A stretch of DNA of 58,989 bases from Candidatus Thorarchaeota archaeon (lineage in GTDB: Archaea; Asgardarchaeota; Thorarchaeia; Thorarchaeales; Thorarchaeaceae), in the NCBI GenBank assembly GCA_046758445.1, contig JBHIAE010000016.1:1-58989 (forward strand). Reading direction: 5' to 3'. The notes beneath the pieces were generated by a model, which did no database searches, was not told the DNA's origin, and worked only from the letters and a program-made list of their open reading frames with translations. This document shows, one piece after another, positions 48,678-58,989 of this stretch. Positions within the stretch are counted from its first letter, which is position 1. Each line of letters starts with the position of its first letter. Both the position numbers and the translations under genes were made by a program.

Positions 48678-50570
48678 ATGAGGATGCTACAGATACACAG
48701 TGATGGTTTTTCCTACGAAGCCAAGAGAAAGGCCATCAAGAATGCGGAGAAGGTTGACTCCAAGACCTATTCCACAGAGGATTCAGTTCTGGTCAACTTC
48801 ATTGCTGCAGAGAAAACTGACCAGAAGGACCTGAAGACCGCCTCGAAGATGACTGCAGATATGATTGCTGAGGCCGCAGAAGAGGTAAAGGAGCAGAACA
48901 TTGTTGTCTATCCGTGGGTCCACCTCACCGAAACCCCGTCTCCACCCAGCACAGCCCTCAAGCTTCTGAAAAATGTGGCAAAGGACTTGGAGGAACGCGG
49001 CTACAGCGTGCTCCGTGTCCCATTCGGATGGTACAAGGCATTCTCGGTACACTGCAAGGGTCATCCACTGGCAGAGCGTTCAAAGGTACTCGACCTCGAT
49101 GTGGACACCAAGCAGGTCAAAGTGGATCATGTCGCCATAAGTGAGGATCTGACTGCCATCGTCGCTGAGGAGAAGTACACTTCGACCTTCCATATCATGG
49201 AGCCCGGCGGTAAACTCACTGACTTTGACAAGTTTGACTATGCAGATTATGAGGAGCTAGATCTATATGTCAAATACGAAACTGCAAAGGACCGAACTGC
49301 ACATGAACCTCCTCCCCACGTTGAGCTCATGCAGAAACTTGAGTTGGCTGATTATGAGCCTGGTTCTGACCCCGGCAACTTCCGGTGGCCGCCTAGAGGT
49401 CTGACTCTGAAGAGAGCTATCGAGCAACGCGTAGTGGCTGAGATGCTTGACTATGGCGCCCATATAGTACAGACTCCTCAAATCTACGACTATGAGCATC
49501 CTTCGCTAAAGTCCTATCTGCAGAGGTTCCCATCACGTCAATATGTCGTGCACTCTGGAGAACGCGACTACTTCGCGAGATTCTCTGCCTGTTTTGGTCA
49601 GTTCCTATTGCTCTCTCAGGCGGTGATATCGCATAGACAGCTACCTCTAAAGATGTTCGAGATTGCCCCCTCCTATCGTCGTGAGCAGAGCGGTGAGCTC
49701 GCAGGAATGAGGAGAGTACGCGCATTTACCATGCCAGACATTCATGAGTTTGTCACAGATGTCAACATGGCGAAACAGGCGGTGTGCAGACAGATAGAGT
49801 TCGTTGAGAAGCTCCACAAAGAGATGGAAATCGACTATGAGGTGTCCTTCCGATTACTCCGCTCCTTTTTCGAGGAGAACCGGGATTTCGTGGTTGGCAT
49901 AGTCGATACTATCGGCAAACCTGTCATGCTGGAGCTGTTTGATCAGCGGTACGCCTACTTCGTCTTCAAAGGCGAATGGAACATAGTCGATGGTCAGCAT
50001 AAGTCAGGTTGTCTCGGCACTGTTCAGATAGACGTCGAGAACGCAGAGAGGTTCGACATTAAGTACATCGATGAGGATGGGAAGGAGAAGAGGCCTCTAA
50101 TCTTGCATACGTCACCTACGGGCTCCATCGAACGGGTTCTGTATGGTGTGCTGGAACAAGCTGCGAAGGACATTGTAAGAGGTAAGAAGCCAAGCCTTCC
50201 TCTCTACATGACTCCAGCTCAGGTCCGACTGCTCCCAGTGGACGAGAACTTTGTCGACTATTGTCTGGAACTTGGCAGAGAGCTTGATAAGTTCGGAGTC
50301 CGTTATGAGATTGATGATAGGTCACAGACTGTAAGCAAGAAGGTGCGCGCGGCAGAGAAGCTGTGGGTACCATACATCTGTGTCGTAGGTGATAAGGAGA
50401 AGAAGAGCGGCAAATTGACAGTCAGACGCAGGGAGGAAGATGACCAAGTGTCAATGACGGTTAGAGAGCTCGGAGAGAAGATTGCGGATAGAACTCAATT
50501 CGCTCCAAAACAGCCCCTGCTTCTGCCCAAACTCGTATCGGCCCAACCCATATTCTCTCGTGAGGTCTGA
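48678..50570 (+). CDS. thrS: Threonyl-tRNA synthetase, archaeal type
   Basis: N-terminal editing domain (MRMLQIHSD, YPWVHL, PFGWYKAF...CKGHPLAE), RFSACFG, YRREQSGE, TVQID, LHTSPTGSIER. Confidence 0.96.
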   Translation: MRMLQIHSDGFSYEAKRKAIKNAEKVDSKTYSTEDSVLVNFIAAEKTDQKDLKTASKMTADMIAEAAEEVKEQNIVVYPWVHLTETPSPPSTALKLLKNVAKDLEERGYSVLRVPFGWYKAFSVHCKGHPLAERSKVLDLDVDTKQVKVDHVAISEDLTAIVAEEKYTSTFHIMEPGGKLTDFDKFDYADYEELDLYVKYETAKDRTAHEPPPHVELMQKLELADYEPGSDPGNFRWPPRGLTLKRAIEQRVVAEMLDYGAHIVQTPQIYDYEHPSLKSYLQRFPSRQYVVHSGERDYFARFSACFGQFLLLSQAVISHRQLPLKMFEIAPSYRREQSGELAGMRRVRAFTMPDIHEFVTDVNMAKQAVCRQIEFVEKLHKEMEIDYEVSFRLLRSFFEENRDFVVGIVDTIGKPVMLELFDQRYAYFVFKGEWNIVDGQHKSGCLGTVQIDVENAERFDIKYIDEDGKEKRPLILHTSPTGSIERVLYGVLEQAAKDIVRGKKPSLPLYMTPAQVRLLPVDENFVDYCLELGRELDKFGVRYEIDDRSQTVSKKVRAAEKLWVPYICVVGDKEKKSGKLTVRRREEDDQVSMTVRELGEKIADRTQFAPKQPLLLPKLVSAQPIFSREV

Positions 50571-50666
50571 GGGCCGAACCTGACAGTCATTTGAGTGTCT
50601 TCATTCGATAGTGTTTTTACCTGCATCTCGACAGCCTACCTTGTCAATGAGAGCAGGTGGTACGTC

Positions 50667-51818
50667 TTGAAGGTGCTTGTACTGGGGTCAGGGCTTATGG
50701 GAAGGGGTGCCGCATTCGATCTCGCAAGAAATGAAGATGTCGACCAAGTGATTGTGGCGGACATAAACAGCAAGGCAGCGGACAACCTCGCAGAAGAAAT
50801 GGGTCCGAAGGTTGTTCCCCGAACAGTTGACGCACGAAACCACAGTCAGCTGGTTTCCTTGTTCTCAGAGGTTGACTCTGTGGTGAGCGCAATCAGCTAC
50901 ACTGTCAATCTACTCCATACTGAGGTCGCCATTGAAACTGGAACCCACATGTGCGACTTGGGGGGAAACCTCTGGGTTGTCGAGAAGCAGATGGAACTAG
51001 ATGGGGCGGCAAAGGATGCCGATATTACCGTAGTTCCAGACTGCGGAGTTGCGCCTGGAATGACTAACATCCTTACACGAGCTGGAATTGACCAGTTCAC
51101 GGTAGTTGATAATGTCAAGATTCGGGTGGGCGGTCTTCAGCAGAACCCTTTGCCGCCTTTGGATTACTCCCTAATCTTCTCGGTTGAGGGTCTGATAAAC
51201 GAGTATGTCGAACCTTGCAGGGTCATTCGGAACGGAAAGGTTGCAATGGAAGATCCTCTCGAAGAGATCGAAACGATTGAGTTTCCGAAGCCGTTCGGGA
51301 CTCTGGAAGCTTTCAACACAAGTGGGGGAACGTCTACTCTCCCTATCACTTACAAAGGCAAGGTACGAGACCTTGACTACAAGACAATTCGATATCCAGG
51401 CCACGGGGACAAGATGTGGTCGTTCTTCAAGCTTGGGCTTATGGACAGCGAGGAACAGGACTTCGACGGAGTGAGGATAGCACCGAGAAGGGTATTGGAG
51501 CGTCTCCTTGAACGGAACCTTCCTCCAACAGGCAAGGATGCAACGCTCATCCGAGTTTCCATAGAAGGTCGGAAAGAAAACGAAACGAGGATCGTGCAGT
51601 ATGAAGTGATAGATTACTTCGATGATGAGTCTGGTCTCACGTCGATGATGCGCACGACTTCGTTCCCAGCGGCAGTTGTTGCTACCATGTGCGCTAAGGG
51701 CACAATCACCGAGAGAGGAGTCTTACCTCCGGAGCTTTCTGTACCGCCCGGTCCTTTCATTGAGGAGATGCAGAAACGAGGAATCCCTATCAAGGAAACA
51801 CTGATTCAGTTGGGATAG
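50667..51818 (+). CDS. Saccharopine dehydrogenase / lysine 6-dehydrogenase family
   Basis: VLGSGLMG, DCGVAPG, GLINEY, TSGGTSTL, YKTIRYPGH, SMMRTT. Confidence 0.88.
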   Translation: MKVLVLGSGLMGRGAAFDLARNEDVDQVIVADINSKAADNLAEEMGPKVVPRTVDARNHSQLVSLFSEVDSVVSAISYTVNLLHTEVAIETGTHMCDLGGNLWVVEKQMELDGAAKDADITVVPDCGVAPGMTNILTRAGIDQFTVVDNVKIRVGGLQQNPLPPLDYSLIFSVEGLINEYVEPCRVIRNGKVAMEDPLEEIETIEFPKPFGTLEAFNTSGGTSTLPITYKGKVRDLDYKTIRYPGHGDKMWSFFKLGLMDSEEQDFDGVRIAPRRVLERLLERNLPPTGKDATLIRVSIEGRKENETRIVQYEVIDYFDDESGLTSMMRTTSFPAAVVATMCAKGTITERGVLPPELSVPPGPFIEEMQKRGIPIKETLIQLG

Positions 51819-51882
51819 CCAAACAAGGCAGTTCTAGCAAGTGTTATCTTCGATTGACCTTCACTTGTTTCGGTGTCATTTC

Positions 51883-53106
51883 ATGGCAGACTACGACGCC
51901 ATCTACGAAAAGATTCTTGATGCTCGCAAAGTCTTGAAGGGAATCAAGCACGTAACAAGACTGGATCGCACCACAACGTTCAGTAGAATGACGGGTGGGG
52001 AAATCTATCTCAAGCTGGAGAATCTTCAGAAGACAGGCTCTTTCAAGGTTCGAGGTGCTGCCTATGCAATGTCTCAGCTCAGTGATGCTGAGAAAAAGGC
52101 AGGAGTCATCGCTGCGTCAGCAGGCAATCACGCTCAAGGTGTTGCATATGCTGCAACCAGACTAGGTATCAAATCTACTATCGTGATGCCTAGGTTCTCT
52201 CCAGTTGCAAAGATACAGGCGACTCAGGGGTATGGCGCCAACGTCGAATTGCATGGAAACACCTTTGACGATGCACTTGCACAAGCACTAGAAACCTCGG
52301 AAGCTTCTGGAGTCACGTTTCTTCATCCATTCGATAATGAGGATGTAATCGCGGGTCAGGGCACAATTGGACTTGAGATACTCGAGGAACTGCCAGATGT
52401 TGACTCTGTGGCTATTCCTGTTGGAGGTGGAGGTCTCTCATCAGGAATTGCCATTGCTATTAAACACAAGAAGCCCGAGGTTGATGTGTACGGCGTCGAG
52501 GCGGCAAGCGCCGCTTCCATGAAGGCTTCATTGAAGAAAGGCAAGATAGTGAAGGTCGAAGGACTCGATACTGTGTGCGATGGCATAGCCGTTAAAGAAC
52601 CTGGCAAGCTCACATATCAAATTGCCAAAGATCTTCTCACTGATGTCGTGACGGTTGAAGAGTTGGAAGTCACGCGTACTCTCTTCCTACTCTTAGAACG
52701 TGCTAAGATAGTTGTCGAGCCTGCAGGATGTGTTGGTCTAGCGGCCTTTCAACATGGAATGATTGATGTCAAGGGGAAGAAAGGAGTTGCGGTCCTATCA
52801 GGAGGCAACATCGACATGAGCTTCTTGTCGCGGGTCGTCGAGAAGGAACTCTTCCGCCTAGGACGCTCAGTCCGGGTCAGAGGTGTCATTTTGGACAGGG
52901 TTGGGAGCATGAATCGAGTCCTCAAGATAGTCGCCGATTCAGGTGTGAGCGTTGTGGAGATAGACCAGGATCGATTCGACCCAGATATCGCACCAAACAA
53001 GGCCGAGTTAAAGATGGTCCTCGAAGTCCCTGATGAGTCTGCTGTCAAACGAATGCTGTCTTTGTTCTCTGATGCAGGTCTCCACTTTGAGGTCTACGAG
53101 GACTAG
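51883..53106 (+). CDS. ilvA: Threonine ammonia-lyase with a single C-terminal ACT domain
   Basis: ENLQKTGSFKVRGA, SAGNHAQG, HPFD, PVGGGGL, LSGGNID. Confidence 0.92.
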   Translation: MADYDAIYEKILDARKVLKGIKHVTRLDRTTTFSRMTGGEIYLKLENLQKTGSFKVRGAAYAMSQLSDAEKKAGVIAASAGNHAQGVAYAATRLGIKSTIVMPRFSPVAKIQATQGYGANVELHGNTFDDALAQALETSEASGVTFLHPFDNEDVIAGQGTIGLEILEELPDVDSVAIPVGGGGLSSGIAIAIKHKKPEVDVYGVEAASAASMKASLKKGKIVKVEGLDTVCDGIAVKEPGKLTYQIAKDLLTDVVTVEELEVTRTLFLLLERAKIVVEPAGCVGLAAFQHGMIDVKGKKGVAVLSGGNIDMSFLSRVVEKELFRLGRSVRVRGVILDRVGSMNRVLKIVADSGVSVVEIDQDRFDPDIAPNKAELKMVLEVPDESAVKRMLSLFSDAGLHFEVYED

Positions 53107-53152
53107 GCCAGCCTAGAGGTACGGGCAGTCGATCCGACTGGGTGGGGACTTG

Positions 53153-54901
53153 CTAGATCAGAGGAACTGTTCCAATGAGGAACCATGCGTATAAGAAGGC
53201 ACCAATAACGATTGCAGGCCATGGGTTTCCAAATTCCACAGATGAGAAGATGTTCAATAGTACCACAAAGGCCGAGATTAATACAAAATGGGACAGAAGA
53301 AGGCCGAGAAGAACGACAGGTGCCAACACAAAACCTAGAGCCGTTGTGCCCAAAACCAGAACAACCGAAAAAGCTGTCACTGGAACCACTCTTAACCCAA
53401 AGACAGTCACAATTCTCCTCGCATACGGAACTCGACCTCCCCAATCTCGTTGTGCAAGCATCAGGCCTCGAGTGAACTGTGCGTCCACAATGGAGAATGG
53501 TAAAGCTAGGCAAGTCACTGCAAGAGTATTCAAGAATCTCTGAAGGTTCGGGAACCTGAAGATAGGAAGAATGGTGATTGAATTCTGGGCTCCGGGCATT
53601 CCTCCGAGAGCAGCCCAGAAAAGAAGCCATCCAATGCAAATCAATCCCACGAGAATCCCCTTGGACACAGCCATCGCAAGGCCTTTCACATTCCCATGTT
53701 CGTATCCCATACTCAGAATGGTCTGGTAGACTACTCGCCTACCGATAATCAACGCCATTGCTAGAAGCCAGATAATTGGACAGACTACAAAGAACAGCAC
53801 AAGTCCAGTGGCGAGCATGCTGTTAGGCCAATTAATGCCCGCAGTTTCCAGATTGAAACCGGCCACTCCCGAGAGTGCGTAAAGGGCGACAAATACGGCT
53901 CCAAGCACACCACTGAGCAATCCGATCCTCGAAAGACTCAGTGTTTCGGTTTCGTTGCCGATTCGTTCGGGTCTTATCTGTTCTGGGAGATGTGTAACAA
54001 CGATGAAGAGCAAAGGAATAATCGACAACAGAAGAGCAGCTGCACCAATGGTGTTGGCTATTGTCCTATTCTCGTAGATTAGTTGAATGAATAACCCCTC
54101 AAGGTCTGGTTCTTCTACATTGTGAAGTGCCTGAAGCATCCATGATACTGATTCAACTACTATCAGACTATCAATGGCCTCAGACACATGATTGGTAGGG
54201 GCTATCACGAGACGATAGGCGGCGTCGCCATCAAAGCCGCCATAAGTTACTCCCGACATAGCAGTGGGGATTCCAGTAAGAGAACGAAGTGTTTCGAGGA
54301 GATCCTCCTCCTGCACTAATTCATCGAACTCGCCTACGGCGAGGAGTAGATTGCCAGGCAGCGATTGTACAGTTTCCATCCAGACGGGACCAATGGCCAC
54401 AAGTGCCTTTGGTTGTACGGGCATGTCATACATCGCTAGTCCTACATGGAACCCTAGAGAATGGGCCACGACACCATAAAGTGTCGGGTCTGTATCATTG
54501 TAGTGGAGTCCAACATATTGGAGCACAGCATAGCAGTCTTCGGCTAAACCAGCATAGTCTTCGATATCAAACGGCATGGAAGAGTCGCCATGGCCTGCCA
54601 GGTCGACAGAAGCTACGGTGATGTACTGGCGAGCCAGCTCAATGTTGAATCCATACATCGCCTCCTTTGAGCCACCCACTCCGTGAATGGTGATTACAAC
54701 GGGCATCAGTCTGGCTAACCTATCCTTCGGTGAGTACACCGTGAAATTGACTGTTCGCCCAGGCTGGGTCTCTATTCCGATTCTATCAACATCCAGAGTC
54801 CCAAGTCCTCTGTCCGTGGCCCACGAGAGATAAAGGGAGGAGGCTATGAGTATCGTTAGAATCAGAAGAGTGTAGTAATGAAGACGCCTGTCCATGCTCA
54901 T
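53153..54901 (-). CDS. Alpha/beta hydrolase fused to a C-terminal multi-TM domain
   Basis: HGVGGS, DLAGHGDS, AHSLG nucleophile, GEFDE, TNH; hydrophobic C-terminal half. Confidence 0.82.
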   Translation of the reverse strand: MSMDRRLHYYTLLILTILIASSLYLSWATDRGLGTLDVDRIGIETQPGRTVNFTVYSPKDRLARLMPVVITIHGVGGSKEAMYGFNIELARQYITVASVDLAGHGDSSMPFDIEDYAGLAEDCYAVLQYVGLHYNDTDPTLYGVVAHSLGFHVGLAMYDMPVQPKALVAIGPVWMETVQSLPGNLLLAVGEFDELVQEEDLLETLRSLTGIPTAMSGVTYGGFDGDAAYRLVIAPTNHVSEAIDSLIVVESVSWMLQALHNVEEPDLEGLFIQLIYENRTIANTIGAAALLLSIIPLLFIVVTHLPEQIRPERIGNETETLSLSRIGLLSGVLGAVFVALYALSGVAGFNLETAGINWPNSMLATGLVLFFVVCPIIWLLAMALIIGRRVVYQTILSMGYEHGNVKGLAMAVSKGILVGLICIGWLLFWAALGGMPGAQNSITILPIFRFPNLQRFLNTLAVTCLALPFSIVDAQFTRGLMLAQRDWGGRVPYARRIVTVFGLRVVPVTAFSVVLVLGTTALGFVLAPVVLLGLLLSHFVLISAFVVLLNIFSSVEFGNPWPAIVIGAFLYAWFLIGTVPLI

Positions 54902-55039
54902 AGCCACCACGTTTCGTGACCACATTAAACGACTAGAACAGAAGCGCTGGTTACAGCGTTTATGATAAGGCTGACGGTTTTCAGCTCATTCTCTCAGCAG
55001 TTTCATTGTTCAGGACTACGGGATTAAGAAACAGTCCGT

Positions 55040-56008
55040 TCAGTACCTGATGCTCAGCCTGTTGGAAAGCTTCTCGAGCATGTCTTTGACCATACCCGCA
55101 AGATTGTAGTCTGGTTTCCAGTCCCATTCGTCACGGGCGACACTGTCATCCAGCGACATCGGCCAAGAGTCCGCAATCTGTTGCCTGAAGTCTGGTTCGT
55201 AGGAGATCTCAAAGTCTGGTATGTGCTCTCTAATCTTCTCTGCAAGTTCTGTCGGTGTGAAGCTGAACGCTGTCACATTGAAAGTCCTATGCTTGAGCCT
55301 GTCATTGTCGGCTTCCATCAAATCGATGGTTGATTTGATGCAGTCTGGCATGTACATCATCGGAAGTCGAGTGTCTGGGCCAAGGAAGCACGTGTATCTC
55401 TTATTCTTCAGAGCCTCATAGAAAATCTCAACAGCATAGTCTGTCGTCCCGCCTCCGGGTAGAGTTTCGGAACTAATAACACCAGGATATCGCAAGGAGC
55501 GAAAGTCGAGTCCGTACCGTCGGTTGTAGTACTCTCCGAAGAGTTCAACGAACACCTTTGTGACTCCGTACATGCTGGTCGGCCTAGTAATCACGTCGTT
55601 AGGTGTGTTCTTTCGAGGAGTGCTTGGGCCAAAAGCAGCAATCGAGCTCGGAACAAGGGCCTGCTTGAGGCCAAGGATCCGAACCGCCTCCATCACATTG
55701 AATGTGCCTTCTACATTGGTTCGGTAGGCTAGCTGCGGGTTCTTCTCTCCAGTGCCTGAGAGAACAGAGGCGTTGTGTATGACGATGTCTATGTCATAGT
55801 CCACGAAGAGAGTATGGAGCTGATTCGTATCAAGGATGTCAAGTCTATAGTACGGTCCGTCTTGAGTGAGAATCTCAGGAGGCTTCTTCCTACCTGTTGC
55901 AATGACGTTTTCGCCACCGTATTTCTTCCTGAGTGCTCCAGTTAGTTCGGTTCCAATTTGACCGTAGCTGCCGGTGACCAGAATGCGCTTCATTATGCTT
56001 CTCACCAT
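55040..56008 (-). CDS. tdh: L-threonine 3-dehydrogenase (extended SDR type)
   Basis: TGSYGQIGTEL, PSSIAAFG, YGVTK, PGGGTTDYAV, RQQIADSWP. Confidence 0.9.
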   Translation of the reverse strand: MVRSIMKRILVTGSYGQIGTELTGALRKKYGGENVIATGRKKPPEILTQDGPYYRLDILDTNQLHTLFVDYDIDIVIHNASVLSGTGEKNPQLAYRTNVEGTFNVMEAVRILGLKQALVPSSIAAFGPSTPRKNTPNDVITRPTSMYGVTKVFVELFGEYYNRRYGLDFRSLRYPGVISSETLPGGGTTDYAVEIFYEALKNKRYTCFLGPDTRLPMMYMPDCIKSTIDLMEADNDRLKHRTFNVTAFSFTPTELAEKIREHIPDFEISYEPDFRQQIADSWPMSLDDSVARDEWDWKPDYNLAGMVKDMLEKLSNRLSIRY

Positions 56009-56100
56009 GAATTGATTTCGTTACCAAACCACGAAGGCCTCTGAACTAGGGCTGGGGCCGAAGACGGCCCGTTAAAAAGCTTCGGGGGAGGTCGTAACCT

Positions 56101-58821
56101 CTACTCGAGCTCTCCGCGCTCCTCCTTAATTGCAGCCTGAGCGGCGGCCAAACGTGCAATTGGGAGGCGGTATGGCGAGCATGAAACATAATCCAGGCCT
56201 ATCTTGTAGAAGAACTCCACAGACCTTGGGTCCCCGCCGTGTTCGCCACAGACTCCAATCTTCATATCAGGTCGAGTCTTTCTGCCTCTCTCAATTGCAA
56301 TCTGCATAAGCTGGCCCATTCCTCTCTTGTCAATGCTCTGGAATGGATCGTTCCTCAAAAGATGCTGATCAAGGTAGTCAGGGAGAAACGACCCAATGTC
56401 GTCACGTGAGAACCCAAAGCCCATCTGCGACAGGTCATTTGTGCCGAATGAGAAGAACTCGGCACTTTGTGCCATGTCGCCTGCTCGCATGCAAGCTCTT
56501 GGAATCTCGATCATTGTGCCATAAAGAAAGTCTACTTCAACCCCTGTTTCTTCCTTGAACTTCTCGTAGACAGCATCTACACGCATCTTCATGAACTTCA
56601 ATTCTGCTGCCCCAATGGTCACTGGAATCATGATCTCTAACTTGATCGTCTTGCCGTCGTTAATCAGTTCTGCAGCCGCGTCCAGAATCGACCTGACTTG
56701 CATCTCATATACTTCGGGGTACGTAATAGCTAGCCGCACTCCTCTATGGCCCATCATAGGATTGCTCTCATGCAGCGACTCTCCACGTGCACGAACTTCT
56801 TCTACTTCGATGCCGAGCGCATGTGCGAGCTTCTCCTGCCCAAACCTGCTCTGAGGAACGAACTCGTGAAGTGGTGGATCAAGCAGTCGAATTGTCACAG
56901 GGAGCCCATCCATAAGCTCCAGTGTGGATTTGATGTCTCGTTTGACATAGGGCGCAAGCTCATCAAGGGCAGCCCTTCTCTCAGCCCTGGTCTTGCTGAC
57001 AATCATCTTTCGCAGCAAGAACAAGGGCTCTTCAGAAGCCGAACCATAGAACATGTGCTCGGTTCTGAAGAGGCCAATCCCCTCAGCCCCAAACTCTAAA
57101 GCAATTCTGGCATCGTCTGGGGTATCGGCATTTGCTCTGACCCCCATCTTGCGGTACTTGTCTACCATCTCCATGAACTCGAGAAGCCTGGGGTTCTTCG
57201 TGGAGTCCATCATTGGAAGCTCGCCCTCGTAGACCAGACCTCTGGTTCCGTTGAGGGTCACCACGTCCCCCTCTTTGTAGGTCTTGCCTTCTATGCTCAT
57301 GTTCTTTGCGAATGGGTCAATCTCAAGACCTGAGGCTCCAACAATGCAGGTCTTACCCCAACCTCGCGTGACCAAGGCTGCGTGGCTGGTCATCCCTCCT
57401 CTGGCAGTCAACACACCAACAGCTGCACGCATACCTTCAATGTCTTCTGGGCTTGTTTCCTCCCTCACCAGAATCACGTTCTTACCTTCATTTGCCCACT
57501 CAACCGCATCTTCCTGCGTGAATACCAGATGCCCAACTGCTCCGCCAGGTCCGGCTGGAAGACCCTGAGCAATCGGCGTCTTCTTCTTCTCAGCTTCGGG
57601 GTCGAGGATTGGATACAGAAGTTGGCCAAGCTGCTCGGGATTGATACGCATGACTGCATCAGAAGTATCAATCGTCCCCTCTTCAAGCATATCCATAGCT
57701 ATGTTCAATGCGGCTGTTGCAGTACGTTTTCCAACTCGATGCTGGACAAGAAACAGACTACCTTGTTCAATGGTGAACTCAAGGTCAAGCATATCCTTTG
57801 AACTGTCCTCGAGAGTCGTACGGATGTCTAACAACTGATTGTAGATTTCAGGCATCTCTTTCTCGAGTGTCGGTAAGTGTTTGTTCTGTTCGTTCTTACT
57901 CTCCTCGTTCATAGGATTCGGAGTTCGAATTCCCGCAACAACATCCTCTCCCTGAGCATTGAACAGACACTCACCATAGTACTTGTTTTCCCCCGTCGCC
58001 GGGTCTCTTGTGAAGGCCACTCCAGTAGCTGAGGTTTCGCCGAGGTTTCCAAAGACCATTGACTGTACTGTGCAGGCTGTGCCCCACTCATCTGGGATGT
58101 TCTCTATACGCCGGTATGCAACGGCGCGCCCGCCCCACCAACTCTTGAAGACTCCGCCAATGGCTCCCCAGAGCTGCTCATAGGGGTCATCAGGAAATTC
58201 CTTTCCCAACGTCTGCTTGACTCTCTTTTTGAACTCGGCACACAACTCCTTGAGATCTTCCACCGTGAGATCAGTATCAGTAAGTCGGCCTCTATCCCTC
58301 TTTCTCCTTGCAAGAATCCATTCCAGCTGCTGTCGAATTCCTTGACCTTCCTCAGGTTCGATTCCTTCGGCTTTTTCCATCACAACGTCAGAATACATCA
58401 TTATCAGACGTCGATAGGAGTCGTATGCAAACCTGTCATCTCCCGACGCCTCAATCAACCCCGGCAAGGTCTTGGTTGTCAGCCCTACATTCAGGACTGT
58501 TTCCATCATTCCGGGCATGCTTTGTCTGGCTCCGGAGCGACACGATACTAGCAATGGGTTCTTAGGGTCACCAAACTTCTTTCCAAGGATCTTCTCCACC
58601 CAAGAGAGAGCCTTCTTAGCTCCGGACTTCACTTCGTCGGAAAGGCCTCCCGTTGCCAGATACTCATTGCATACATCAGTAGCAATGGTGAATCCCGGTG
58701 GGACTGGCAATCCCAGTAGAGTTGCCCCGGCAAGGGACGCTCCCTTTCCGCCCAAAGTGTTCTTCATGTCGGCTTTTCCTTCAGCCTTTCCTGCACCAAA
58801 CTTGAAAACGCGTTTCCCCAA
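56101..58821 (-). CDS. ppdK: Pyruvate, phosphate dikinase
   Basis: LGGKGA, RSGA..SMPGMMETVLN, GGMTSHAA, GLFRTEHMF, SFGTNDL, CGEHGGDP. Confidence 0.97.
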   Translation of the reverse strand: MGKRVFKFGAGKAEGKADMKNTLGGKGASLAGATLLGLPVPPGFTIATDVCNEYLATGGLSDEVKSGAKKALSWVEKILGKKFGDPKNPLLVSCRSGARQSMPGMMETVLNVGLTTKTLPGLIEASGDDRFAYDSYRRLIMMYSDVVMEKAEGIEPEEGQGIRQQLEWILARRKRDRGRLTDTDLTVEDLKELCAEFKKRVKQTLGKEFPDDPYEQLWGAIGGVFKSWWGGRAVAYRRIENIPDEWGTACTVQSMVFGNLGETSATGVAFTRDPATGENKYYGECLFNAQGEDVVAGIRTPNPMNEESKNEQNKHLPTLEKEMPEIYNQLLDIRTTLEDSSKDMLDLEFTIEQGSLFLVQHRVGKRTATAALNIAMDMLEEGTIDTSDAVMRINPEQLGQLLYPILDPEAEKKKTPIAQGLPAGPGGAVGHLVFTQEDAVEWANEGKNVILVREETSPEDIEGMRAAVGVLTARGGMTSHAALVTRGWGKTCIVGASGLEIDPFAKNMSIEGKTYKEGDVVTLNGTRGLVYEGELPMMDSTKNPRLLEFMEMVDKYRKMGVRANADTPDDARIALEFGAEGIGLFRTEHMFYGSASEEPLFLLRKMIVSKTRAERRAALDELAPYVKRDIKSTLELMDGLPVTIRLLDPPLHEFVPQSRFGQEKLAHALGIEVEEVRARGESLHESNPMMGHRGVRLAITYPEVYEMQVRSILDAAAELINDGKTIKLEIMIPVTIGAAELKFMKMRVDAVYEKFKEETGVEVDFLYGTMIEIPRACMRAGDMAQSAEFFSFGTNDLSQMGFGFSRDDIGSFLPDYLDQHLLRNDPFQSIDKRGMGQLMQIAIERGRKTRPDMKIGVCGEHGGDPRSVEFFYKIGLDYVSCSPYRLPIARLAAAQAAIKEERGELE

Positions 58822-58989
58822 CGTATCTACCTTCTCTCTATTCTTGAATCACATTGTATCAAAGATGCGGCGCCCCAGCCCTGTCGGATCCAGCGCGAGG
58901 CAGATCGCTCTAGATTTGGATACTAGTTCATTTGTGCACGAGTTGTCGATTGTTTATTGACCATCCGTTTTTAATGTGTCCCTCTGGCA

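Noticed and set aside
56055-56070. GGGCCG-AAGA-CGGCCC hairpin between ppdK and tdh
   Set aside because: On the coding strand the T-tract precedes the hairpin, so it is not a clear terminator, and it is too short to call an ncRNA.
1-58989. Genome-wide TAG reassignment or selenocysteine recoding
   Set aside because: Many genes end at TAG exactly where their families end (ppdK, ilvA, YHS genes). I found no in-frame TGA at a conserved Cys position and no convincing SECIS.

Overview
Archaeal DNA, most likely an Asgard archaeon (Thorarchaeia-like). Evidence: a Rab-like small GTPase, an archaeal-type ThrRS with an N-terminal editing domain, TATA-type promoters and GGTGA ribosome-binding sites. The window has three zones. 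(1) 1-5.1 kb: a double-AbrB regulator with palindromic operators, a membrane protein, an ornithine cyclodeaminase-family gene, an Fpg/Nei-like gene and a DUF3795-like gene. (2) About 5.3-33.1 kb: a copper/heavy-metal homeostasis region. It holds CopA, an amber-interrupted CopB-type ATPase, two PadR-TRASH regulators, and nine TRASH/YHS domains, four of them in sequence missed by the ORF track. It also holds a type VII ABC transporter whose ATPase carries a YHS domain, a CxxCH plus EB_dh/DOMON surface protein, cbs-cgl, two ICMT-family methyltransferases, a ubiquitin-like protein, an FTR1 permease, NIF3, a LonC-like protease and a pair of unknown paralogs. About 12 intergenic sites in this zone carry the palindrome GATATATC in arrays with an exact 14-bp period, often fused to the TATA box. 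This candidate metal regulon is the main finding. (3) About 33.7-59 kb: ordinary housekeeping and amino-acid catabolic genes (mmsA, M29 aminopeptidase, Mo-oxidoreductase, lpdA-like, thrS, LysDH-like, ilvA, tdh, ppdK). I saw no rRNA, tRNA, CRISPR array, integrase or transposase. All family calls come from motif recognition by eye; no database was searched.
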